Assembly: GCA_963704885.1 (NCBI GenBank)
Contig: CAVPIB010000009.1
Location: 1-15,375 of the forward strand
Direction of reading: 5' to 3'
DNA from: an uncultured Actinomycetes bacterium
GTDB taxonomy: Bacteria > Actinomycetota > UBA4738 > HRBIN12
DNA length: 15,375 bases
Shown here: positions 6,640 to 14,306 of the stretch, piece by piece
Position numbering within the stretch: position 1 is the first letter of the stretch
How the letters are laid out: every line of letters starts with the position of its first letter
Position numbers and translations under genes: made by a program
The notes under the pieces: model-generated
Told to the model about the DNA's origin: nothing
What the model saw: the letters and a program-made list of their open reading frames with translations, nothing else
The model's database searches: none

Positions 6640-7074
6640 ATGGGACTGGCACAGACCACGGTGACTTTCGAAGGCTCGGGTGCTGCGTGGGGGATGTTGT
6701 TCCTCTGGTTCCTGGTGTTCTACGCGATCGCGGTGATCCCTTACTGGGTCATCTTCACGAAGGCCGGTGGACCGGGCTGGCCAGCGCTCATCCCTATCTA
6801 CAGCTTCTACGTGCTCCTGAAGGTCGTCGGTCGACCGGGATGGTGGCTCTTGCTGCTGCTGATCCCTCTCCTCGGGTTCGTGATCTACGTCATCATCATG
6901 AACGACCTATCGAAGAGTTTCGGCCACGGTGCCGGGTTCACGCTGGGTCTGGTCTTCCTCTCGCTCATCTTCTTCTACGTCCTGGCTTTCGGGAGCTCGA
7001 CGTACCGAGGGCCGGCGGGCGTTGCCGGGGGGATGGCAGCGCCGCCTCCTCCTCCTCCGATGCCCACGGGGTAG
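6640..7074 (+). CDS. DUF5684-like small membrane protein with Pro-rich C-terminus
   Basis: WVIFTKAGGPGWPALIPIY...KVVGRPGWWLLLLLIP...DLSKSFGHGAGFTLGL...LAFGSSTYRGP pattern; family name recalled, not searched. Confidence 0.8.
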   Translation: MGLAQTTVTFEGSGAAWGMLFLWFLVFYAIAVIPYWVIFTKAGGPGWPALIPIYSFYVLLKVVGRPGWWLLLLLIPLLGFVIYVIIMNDLSKSFGHGAGFTLGLVFLSLIFFYVLAFGSSTYRGPAGVAGGMAAPPPPPPMPTG

Positions 7075-7133
7075 CGAAGCCCGCGTCGCCCCGCGTCTGC
7101 GCCTCAGCCGTCATCGGCTAGGCTTCGGCCACC

Positions 7134-7838
7134 ATGGAGATGGCTCGGCTGCTCGCGCTGCAAGAGGTGGACACCGCGATCGACCGGCTCTCATCGCGCA
7201 AGCTGATGCTCGAGGCGGGCGGTGAGTTGGCGGCGGCCCGAGAGGAAGCCGATGCGGCTGAGCGAGACCTGGGAGAGCTGGGCCTGCAGCTGGATGTGGT
7301 CGGACGTGACCAGGGCAAGCTGGAGCACGAGATCGATTCCCTGACGCAGAAGGCCGCGGCCGAGCAGAAGCGCCTGTACGACGGCAGCATCGCGAACATC
7401 AAGGAGTTGAGCTCGCTTCAGCATGAGATCGAGAACCTCACACGCCGCCGCAGCGATCGCGAGGACGAGCTGCTCGCGTTGATGGAAGTTCGGGAAGGGC
7501 TGGAGTCGCGCGCGGCGGAAGCGCGCACGGGTTCGGACGCGCTTCGCGCGCGCGTCGACGAGGTGGGCGGCGCGGCGCTCCAGGAGCTGGCCACCGTCGA
7601 GACGGAGCTGGTGTCCCGCGCAGGGGAGCGCGAGGCGATCGTGGCCGACATCGACCCTGAGGTCCTGGAGCTCTACGAAGACCTCCGTCGGCAGAAGAAG
7701 GGTGTCGGCGCCGCCGCGCTCATCGATGGCGTCTGCCAGGGATGCCACGAGCAGCTCTCGGCCATGGAGCTCGACAAGCTCAAGCGATCCGAGGACATGA
7801 AGAGGTGTGAATACTGCCGGCGGATCCTGGTCTTCTGA
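7134..7838 (+). CDS. coiled-coil + C4-type zinc ribbon protein (DUF164 / Rv2229c-like)
   Basis: LLALQEVDTAID N-terminus, long coiled coil, KRLYDG, CQGC...CEYCRRILV. Confidence 0.92.
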   Translation: MEMARLLALQEVDTAIDRLSSRKLMLEAGGELAAAREEADAAERDLGELGLQLDVVGRDQGKLEHEIDSLTQKAAAEQKRLYDGSIANIKELSSLQHEIENLTRRRSDREDELLALMEVREGLESRAAEARTGSDALRARVDEVGGAALQELATVETELVSRAGEREAIVADIDPEVLELYEDLRRQKKGVGAAALIDGVCQGCHEQLSAMELDKLKRSEDMKRCEYCRRILVF

Positions 7839-8245
7839 TCGTCAGCTGCGACGGGGCGGCACGTGGGAATCCCGGCCCCGCGGGGATCGGCGTGATGATA
7901 GCTACCCGCGACGGTGACGTCCTGGCGACGATCGCCGAAGGGCTCGGTGAGACCACGAACAATGTCGCCGAGTACACGGCTGCGCGCGACGGCCTGCGGA
8001 GGGCCGCGGAGCTGGGCGCCACGAGGGTGCATCTGCGATCAGACAGCCAACTGCTGATCGAGCAGCTCGAGGGTCGCTACAAGGTGAGGGCCGCTCATCT
8101 CCGACCGCTCTACGCCGCGGTTCTCGCCGAGATGGCGCGATTCGCTCACGTTCGTTTGGAGCACGTGCCCAGGGAGCTCAACGTCGACGCCGACCGGCTG
8201 GCGAACCAAGGGGTCGACGATTGGCTGCGGGCTCGCGGACGCTGA
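7814..8245 (+). CDS. rnhA: ribonuclease HI (single domain); start uncertain, CTG 7814 or CTG 7835
   Basis: IVSCDGAARGNPGPAG (from 7838, upstream of the tracked ORF start), TNNVAEY, RSDSQLLIEQ, VPRELNVDADRLAN give the full D-E-D-D set. Confidence 0.88.
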   Translation: MPADPGLLIVSCDGAARGNPGPAGIGVMIATRDGDVLATIAEGLGETTNNVAEYTAARDGLRRAAELGATRVHLRSDSQLLIEQLEGRYKVRAAHLRPLYAAVLAEMARFAHVRLEHVPRELNVDADRLANQGVDDWLRARGR

Positions 8246-8261
8246 GGGGTATCCTCGGGTC

Positions 8262-8653
8262 GGAGGAGCCGGCCGGGCGGCCGCGGGTGCCTTCGGGTGC
8301 TCGAGGAAAGTCCGGACTCCACAGGGCAGGGTGCTGGGGAGACCCAGGCGGGGGTGACCTCGCGAAGGCGCAACAGAAAGGAAACCGCCGCAGCGCGCTC
8401 ATCGTGCGCGCGGTAAGGGTGAAACGGTGAGGTAAGAGCTCACCAGCGGCGCGGGCGACCGTGTCGGCTCGGCAAGCCCCACCCGGAGCAAGGCCAAGCA
8501 GGGAGCGTTCGAGGGTGGCCCGCCCGATGCTCCCGGGTAGGCCGCACGGCGCTGGCGAACAGCGACGCGGCGCGTGAGCGCCGAGAGAGATGGTCGCCGC
8601 GGCGCGCGCGAAGCGCGCGCCGCACAGGATCCGGCTTACAGGCCGACTCCTCC
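8262..8653 (+). ncRNA. rnpB: RNase P RNA, bacterial type A
   Basis: GAGGAAAGTCCGGACTC, ACAGAAA, AGGGTGAAAC, GGTAAGAG, GGAGCAAGGCCAA, ACAGGATCCGGCTTA conserved blocks; P1 8262-8274 pairs with 8641-8653; TATCCT -10 at 8250-8255. Confidence 0.97.
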
Positions 8654-8661
8654 ACACCCGC

Positions 8662-8690
8662 ACCCACTAGTCTGGGACAGACTAGTGGGT
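8662..8690. terminator. hairpin between convergent rnpB and lipA, probably bidirectional terminator
   Basis: perfect 13-bp inverted repeat ACCCACTAGTCTG-GGA-CAGACTAGTGGGT overlapping the lipA stop codon. Confidence 0.7.
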
Positions 8691-9638
8691 ACTCGCCAGC
8701 GCGGCCTGAGCCCGCTGGAACTGCGCGCCGGCGTGGTAGCTCGAGCGTACGAGCGGCCCTGACTCCACGTGTGCGATCCCCATCGCCTCACCGGCGCGCT
8801 TGTGCTCCGCGAACTCCTCGGGCGTGACCCACCGATCCACGGGCAGATGGAGCTTGGTGGGCTGCAGGTACTGGCCCATCGTGACGAGGTCGCAGCCCGC
8901 GTCCCGGAGGTCGGCCAGGACGCCCGCAACCTCGTCCGAGCGCTCACCCATGCCCAGGATGACGTTGGACTTCGTGACCTGGCCTGGCCGCAGTCGCTTG
9001 GCGATGCGGAGCACTTCGAGCGAGCGGTCGTAGCCGAACGCAGGGCGGATCCGACCGTGGAGCCGGCGAACGGTCTCGAGGTTGTGTGCGAACACGTCGG
9101 GCTCAGCCTGGATCACCGTAGCGATATCGCGCTCGCCGCCCTTGAGGTCGCTCGGAAGTACCTCGACGCCGCAACCGGGAACGGCTGCGCGGACCGCCCG
9201 TATCGTCTCTGCCCATATCGCGGCGCCGCCGTCGGGCAGGTCGTCGCGCGCCACACCGGTGATGACCACGAATCGCAGGCCCATCGAGAGCACGGCGGAG
9301 GCGATCCGCGCGGGTTCCTCGTTGTCGATAGGATCGGGGCGCGCCGTCATCACGTCGCAGAACCCACAGCGGCGAGTGCATCGGTCGCCCAGGATCAGGA
9401 AGGTGGCCTCGCGGGCCTCCCAGCACTCTCCGATGTTCGGACAGGTGGCCTCTTCGCAGACCGTGTGGAGGTCCAGGTCGCGCATGAGGCCCTTGAGCTC
9501 GGCGTGGTTGGGTCCGGACGCCAGGCGAACCTTGAGCCATGGTGGCTTGCGCGCGTCGGTTCCTGCGTGCGGGTTGGTGGTGGCGACGATCGGCAAGTAG
9601 AGCCGACGCTTGCTCGGGTTGTGATCCTGGACGGGCAT
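8682..9638 (-). CDS. lipA: lipoyl synthase
   Basis: RKPPWLK, CEEATCPNIGEC auxiliary-cluster motif, CTRRCGFC radical-SAM motif, HNLETV, GQYLQP, GPLVRSSYHA. Confidence 0.97.
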   Translation of the reverse strand: MPVQDHNPSKRRLYLPIVATTNPHAGTDARKPPWLKVRLASGPNHAELKGLMRDLDLHTVCEEATCPNIGECWEAREATFLILGDRCTRRCGFCDVMTARPDPIDNEEPARIASAVLSMGLRFVVITGVARDDLPDGGAAIWAETIRAVRAAVPGCGVEVLPSDLKGGERDIATVIQAEPDVFAHNLETVRRLHGRIRPAFGYDRSLEVLRIAKRLRPGQVTKSNVILGMGERSDEVAGVLADLRDAGCDLVTMGQYLQPTKLHLPVDRWVTPEEFAEHKRAGEAMGIAHVESGPLVRSSYHAGAQFQRAQAALASTH

Positions 9639-9649
9639 CGAGCCCGAGT

Positions 9650-12600
9650 CTATCCAGCCTCGGAAACGCCGACGGCATCGGGAGCGTGACCGGCTCCGTC
9701 GGCGCCGTTGTTCGGAGGAAGGCCCGCTGAGATCGATGGGCCTGAAGGAAGGAACACCCTGAAGGACGCGCCACCACCCTCTCGCTCCTCTATCCAGGCT
9801 CGGCCGCCGTGGAGGGCTGCGAAACGGCCGACCAGAGAAAGTCCGATCCCAGTGCCGGGTGCATGCGCCGATGCGGTAGGACCCTGGCGGAAGGGCTCGA
9901 AGATCGCCTCGCGAAGTTCCTCCGGGACGCCGACTCCGTCGTCCTCGACCGCTATCAACGCTCCTCCGTCCTGCGACCGCACCTTCAGCCAGATCGTCTT
10001 GTCTGGGGTCGTGTGACGGGCGGCGTTCATCAACAGGTTCTCCACTATCCGCTCCACCTTGGCCGGATCGACCGAGATCACGACCGGGTCCGCCAAGACC
10101 GTGACCGACCGGTCGTCCAGCGGATCCAGGCTCTCGATCGTGCGCCTGGCCAGCGCGCCGACGTCGGTCACCTGGTACTGGGGTTCCACGATGCCTCGGT
10201 TGAGGCGATCGATGTCGAGGAGGTCCTTCAGCAGGCGATCCAGCTTGCGGGCGTTGGCCGCCAAGCGGCTAAGGAGGTCGTTGCGATCGACCTCTGCCAT
10301 CTCAGAACGTTCAAGGGTGAGGGAGAGCCCAAGGATCGACGTCAGTGGGCTCCGAAGCTCGTGCGATACGGCGGCCAGGAACGTGTTCTTCATCTCATCG
10401 AGGGCTCGCAGGCGCTCGGCCGCCTCCCGCTCACGCTGCTCGGACCCCCGTAGAGCTTGCTCGGCGAGCTTGCGTTCCGTGATGTCGTAGATCACCCCGA
10501 GCAGCATCGCGTGGTGGTCCGCCTCATGGTGGATCAACGTTGTCTCATCGTGGACCCAGATCGTCCGCCCGTCCCGCGTGTTCATGCGGTACTCGGCGAC
10601 CCACGGTTGCTCGGCCGCGAGCGCCGTCAGATAGCCGCCAAGCACGCCCTCCCTATCGTCGGGATGGAGCGCATCTCCCCAGGCGTCGGCGTCACGGATC
10701 CATTCCTCCGCGGGGATGCCGGTTATGGCCTCGACCTGAGGGCTGGCGTAGGTCGTCTTCAGGCTGTTATCAGCGGCATCCAAGTAGATGCCCGCCGGCA
10801 CGTGCTCGACGATCGCCCGGAACCGCTCCTCAGCCTCCCGGAGCTGCTCCTCAGCCTCGCGCCGTTCCGTTATGTCGAACATGACCCCTTGCGAGAATCG
10901 CGGTGCTCCGCCCTCGTCTCGGATCACGACGGCTTGGTCGTGGACCCACACGACGCGTCCGTCGGGCCTTCGGAAGCGATACTCCGCCTCGTAGGGGACG
11001 CCTTCGTCGTTCAGACGGCGGATGTTCGCCGTGACAGCCGGCAGATGTTCAGGATCGACGCCTTGTTCCCAGAGCTCCGGGTGTCTCATCCACTCATCGG
11101 GCCCATACCCGAAGATGTGTTCCACCTGAGGACTCATGTACACGGCTTCGGAAACGGCGTCGACGGTGTCGATATAGGTGGCCGCCGGGATCGTTTCGAT
11201 CAGGCTCCGGTATCGGGCCTCCGTCTCCGACAGGGCCAAGGCGGAGCGTTCCCGGCCGATAGCAGCTCCCAACGTGTTGGCTACCACCCGCAGCGCATCC
11301 ACCTCGGCCTGTTGCCAGACGTCATGCTCCTCGGTCTGGTCGAGTAGGAGATGGCCCCACCATTCGCCACCCATGCTGATCGGCACAGCGACGATCGCCT
11401 TGATCCCCACGCGTTCGAGTGTGGATCGCTCCTGATCCGGAAGGTCGTCCACCAGCGTGTTGATGGGATCGCCGGCCTCGAAGACGTCGGCCCATCGCGC
11501 CAGTCCCACCTCCTCGAACCCGAACCGCTGATCCCTCACGATGTCCGCGAGCGGTGCGACACCCTCTGCCGTCCATTCCGCCACCAGTTCGATCCCCGGC
11601 CTTCCTTCATCGTCATCCACCCGTCGGTAGACGGCCGCTCGGCTGGCGCCGCCTGCTCGCCCGAGGGCCGCCAAGACGTCGGTGATCGCTTCGGTCCACG
11701 ACGACACACCGAGGAAGCGCTCGGCGGCATGACCCATCGCCTCGAGGATGTTGTCGCGTCGCGCGAGTGCGGCCTCGGTCAGCTTCCGCTGGGTGATATC
11801 CGTCAGGACTCCCTGCCAGCAGGGGCTCCCGTCTTGACCCTCCAACTGGTACGCGAGGTCGTGGACCCAGACGATGCGCTCGTCCTTGGTCCTCAGTCGG
11901 TACTCCACGTCGAAGGGTTCGCCCGTGTCGTTCACACGATCTGACTCGGCCAACACTCGGTCGCGATCGTCAGGGTGGAGCATGCGGGTCCAGAGATCCG
12001 GATCCGCCAGCCGCTCCTGCGGCGAGTAGCCGGTCAACCGCTCGTATTGAGGGCTGATGTAGATGGCGCTGGCGACCGCATCGTTGGCGTCGATGTAGAC
12101 GGCTGTGGGCAGTCGCTCCACCAGGTAGCGGTACCGCTCCTCCGCTTCCCGCAGTCGTTCCCCAGCCTCTCGTCGAGCGGTGATGTCTTCGATGATGCCC
12201 TGCCAGATGGGCCAGCCACCGTCGCGATCGACGAGCACCGCCTTGTCGTGGACCCACACCACTCGGCCGTCGTCGCGAACGAATCGGTACTCGATCTCGA
12301 ATCGATCCCCGGTACGCTCCGTCGCTCGATCCTCCTCGAAGACCCGCTCACGATCGTCGGGGTGGACCATCGACCGCCAGAGATCGGGCCGGCTCATCCA
12401 CTCCTCCGCGGAGTGACCCGTCAACTCGAGGATCCCGGGAGCCATGTAGGGAAGGGGGTGAGCCTCGCCCTCGTCAAGCCCTTCGGCCAGATACGTGACG
12501 ACCGGCAGCTCCTCGACCAGCTGGCGGAGCCGCTGCTCGCTCCGCTTCTGCTCGGTGATGTCGACCATGACGCCTTGATAGATCGGGCGACCCCGAGCAC

Positions 12601-13189
12601 CGGCCGAGATCGGGACCGCCTCGTCGCGGATCCAGACCCAGTGTCCGTCGGCGGCTCGAAGCCGATACTCGGCTGCGAAGGTCACCCCACGGGTCGAGGC
12701 GTCCTTCCACGCCTGGAGCACGTGTTCGAGATCGAGCGGATGTGTGCTCTGCTTCCACATGGTGGGATCGCGGGTCCAATCCTCCGCCGTGTAGCCGAGC
12801 AGCACCTCGATCTGGGGGCTGATGTAGAGGGCGGGATCCACGTCGACCGTTTCGCTCGAGTCCCACGTGTACGCCACCGCCGGGACGCGCTCCACCATGG
12901 CCTGGTAGCGGTTCTCGCTCTCTTCGCGGAGCTCACCCTCCCGCTCCGCTCGGCGGAGGGTGCGGATCGAGAAGAGCCCGAAGGCGAACACCAGGACAAC
13001 GATCACCGCGAGGATGTTTCCAGCCGCGACCGGCCCGCTCGAGATCAACCAGGCGTGAGCGCGACCGAAGAGGTCGAAGCCCACGCCGATGGAGAAGGCG
13101 GCCAGGGCACAGATCGAGATCACGAGCAGATCCCGACGCGCGCCCGCAGACCCCTTCGATCGACTCGACGAGTTCTTCCGCTTGTCCAC
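9650..13189 (-). CDS. membrane-anchored sensor histidine kinase: 2 TM, 3 PAS, GAF, 2 PAS, HisKA, HATPase
   Basis: five Y(I/M/A)(S/A)P...W...P(D/L/E)...EYR...W(V/I)(H/R)D...DIT repeats, GAF segment (IVAVPISMGGEWWGHL), H-box SHELRSPL, N-box ENLLMNAARH, G-boxes EDDGVGV and GTGIGLS. Confidence 0.93.
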   Translation of the reverse strand: MDKRKNSSSRSKGSAGARRDLLVISICALAAFSIGVGFDLFGRAHAWLISSGPVAAGNILAVIVVLVFAFGLFSIRTLRRAEREGELREESENRYQAMVERVPAVAYTWDSSETVDVDPALYISPQIEVLLGYTAEDWTRDPTMWKQSTHPLDLEHVLQAWKDASTRGVTFAAEYRLRAADGHWVWIRDEAVPISAGARGRPIYQGVMVDITEQKRSEQRLRQLVEELPVVTYLAEGLDEGEAHPLPYMAPGILELTGHSAEEWMSRPDLWRSMVHPDDRERVFEEDRATERTGDRFEIEYRFVRDDGRVVWVHDKAVLVDRDGGWPIWQGIIEDITARREAGERLREAEERYRYLVERLPTAVYIDANDAVASAIYISPQYERLTGYSPQERLADPDLWTRMLHPDDRDRVLAESDRVNDTGEPFDVEYRLRTKDERIVWVHDLAYQLEGQDGSPCWQGVLTDITQRKLTEAALARRDNILEAMGHAAERFLGVSSWTEAITDVLAALGRAGGASRAAVYRRVDDDEGRPGIELVAEWTAEGVAPLADIVRDQRFGFEEVGLARWADVFEAGDPINTLVDDLPDQERSTLERVGIKAIVAVPISMGGEWWGHLLLDQTEEHDVWQQAEVDALRVVANTLGAAIGRERSALALSETEARYRSLIETIPAATYIDTVDAVSEAVYMSPQVEHIFGYGPDEWMRHPELWEQGVDPEHLPAVTANIRRLNDEGVPYEAEYRFRRPDGRVVWVHDQAVVIRDEGGAPRFSQGVMFDITERREAEEQLREAEERFRAIVEHVPAGIYLDAADNSLKTTYASPQVEAITGIPAEEWIRDADAWGDALHPDDREGVLGGYLTALAAEQPWVAEYRMNTRDGRTIWVHDETTLIHHEADHHAMLLGVIYDITERKLAEQALRGSEQREREAAERLRALDEMKNTFLAAVSHELRSPLTSILGLSLTLERSEMAEVDRNDLLSRLAANARKLDRLLKDLLDIDRLNRGIVEPQYQVTDVGALARRTIESLDPLDDRSVTVLADPVVISVDPAKVERIVENLLMNAARHTTPDKTIWLKVRSQDGGALIAVEDDGVGVPEELREAIFEPFRQGPTASAHAPGTGIGLSLVGRFAALHGGRAWIEEREGGGASFRVFLPSGPSISAGLPPNNGADGAGHAPDAVGVSEAG

Positions 13190-13204
13190 AGCCGTCTTCG
13201 GGAG

Positions 13205-13233
13205 TTATCGACGTAGCAACAGGCGCCCTGAAC
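13205..13233 (-). promoter_or_regulatory. putative sigma28/WhiG-family promoter of the histidine kinase
   Basis: GTTCAG (13233-13228)-N15-GTCGATAA (13212-13205), 15 nt upstream of the GTG start. Confidence 0.5.
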
Positions 13234-13303
13234 CAGGGCGGATAGGGCAAACGAACGCTAGCCGGGTGGTGCTGGGCGTCGTTTCGACCTGGCGCGGGGG
13301 CGG

Positions 13304-14293
13304 TCAGAAGCGCGCCAGCGCCAGCATCTGCCGGTAGATGTGATCCGGCTCCGGCTCGATGTAGAAGTGCTCGAGCGGAGCTGCGAACGGCATGGCGGGG
13401 ATGTCGGGCCCACCTATCCGCACGATGGGTGCATCGAGGTCGAACATAACCTGCTCGGCGATCGTCGCCGCGATCTCCGCGCCGGCGCCGAACGAACGGT
13501 TGTCTTCGTAGACGACCATGGCCCTGGACGTCTTGCGTACCGAGCTCAGGATGCTCTCGATGTCGAGCGGTGCGATCGTCCGCACGTCGAGGACCTCCAC
13601 GGAAACGTGCTCGTCCTCCTCGAGCCGCTGGGCGGCCTCGAGACAGCGGTGGAGCTCGTAACCGTACGTGATCACCGACAGGTCCGTTCCCTCACGCTTC
13701 ACGTCGGCGACCCCGATGGGTATCTCGGTAGGCTCGTCGGGAACGTCGCCCTTGACGGCTCGATAGGTCTTCTTGTGCTCGAGGAAGAGCACCGGATCGG
13801 GGTCGCGGATGGCGCTTCGGAGAAGCCCGGCGGCGTCTGCCGGTGTGGAGGGCATGACGACCTTCAGGCCGGGGACGTGGGCGTAGAACGCCTCGATCGA
13901 TTGCGAGTGGTACAGCGCCCCATGGATCCCTCCTCCGTACGGCGTTCGGATCACGAGCGGGACCCCGAAGTCCCCGTTCGACCGGTACCGCATACGTGCT
14001 GCCTCGGAAACGATCTGATCGAACGCAGGGTGGATGAAGTCCGCGAACTGGATCTCGGCGACCGGGAGGAGTCCGTGTATCGCCATCCCGATCGCCACGC
14101 CCACGATCCCGGACTCCGCGAGCGGGGTGTCGATGATCCGGTGCTCGCCGAACTCGGCCATCCACCCGTCGGAGATCCGGAACACCCCACCGCGCGCCCC
14201 CACATCTTCTCCCAGCAGGATCACGCGCTCGTCGCTCGCCAGCTCGTCATGCAGCGCGTCGCGGATCGCCGCGACGACGTTCTTCTCGGTCAC
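13304..14293 (-). CDS. 2-oxoacid dehydrogenase E1 beta subunit (branched-chain type likely)
   Basis: LGEDVGARGGVFR, DTPLAESGIVG, AEIQFADFIHPAFDQIVSEAA, YHSQSIEA, FLEHKKTY; start moved to GTG 14293 (MTEKNVV), 13 nt after the alpha stop. Confidence 0.93.
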   Translation of the reverse strand: MTEKNVVAAIRDALHDELASDERVILLGEDVGARGGVFRISDGWMAEFGEHRIIDTPLAESGIVGVAIGMAIHGLLPVAEIQFADFIHPAFDQIVSEAARMRYRSNGDFGVPLVIRTPYGGGIHGALYHSQSIEAFYAHVPGLKVVMPSTPADAAGLLRSAIRDPDPVLFLEHKKTYRAVKGDVPDEPTEIPIGVADVKREGTDLSVITYGYELHRCLEAAQRLEEDEHVSVEVLDVRTIAPLDIESILSSVRKTSRAMVVYEDNRSFGAGAEIAATIAEQVMFDLDAPIVRIGGPDIPAMPFAAPLEHFYIEPEPDHIYRQMLALARF

Positions 14294-14306
14294 GACGTCC
14301 AGCCGA

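Noticed and set aside
7829-7840. Programmed frameshift fusing zinc ribbon and RNase HI
   Set aside because: A -1 shift would be needed and no X XXY YYZ slippery site precedes the stop; CTG initiation is simpler
8146-8762. Several ORFs over 8146-8762
   Set aside because: They overlap the RNase P RNA and have no protein-like features
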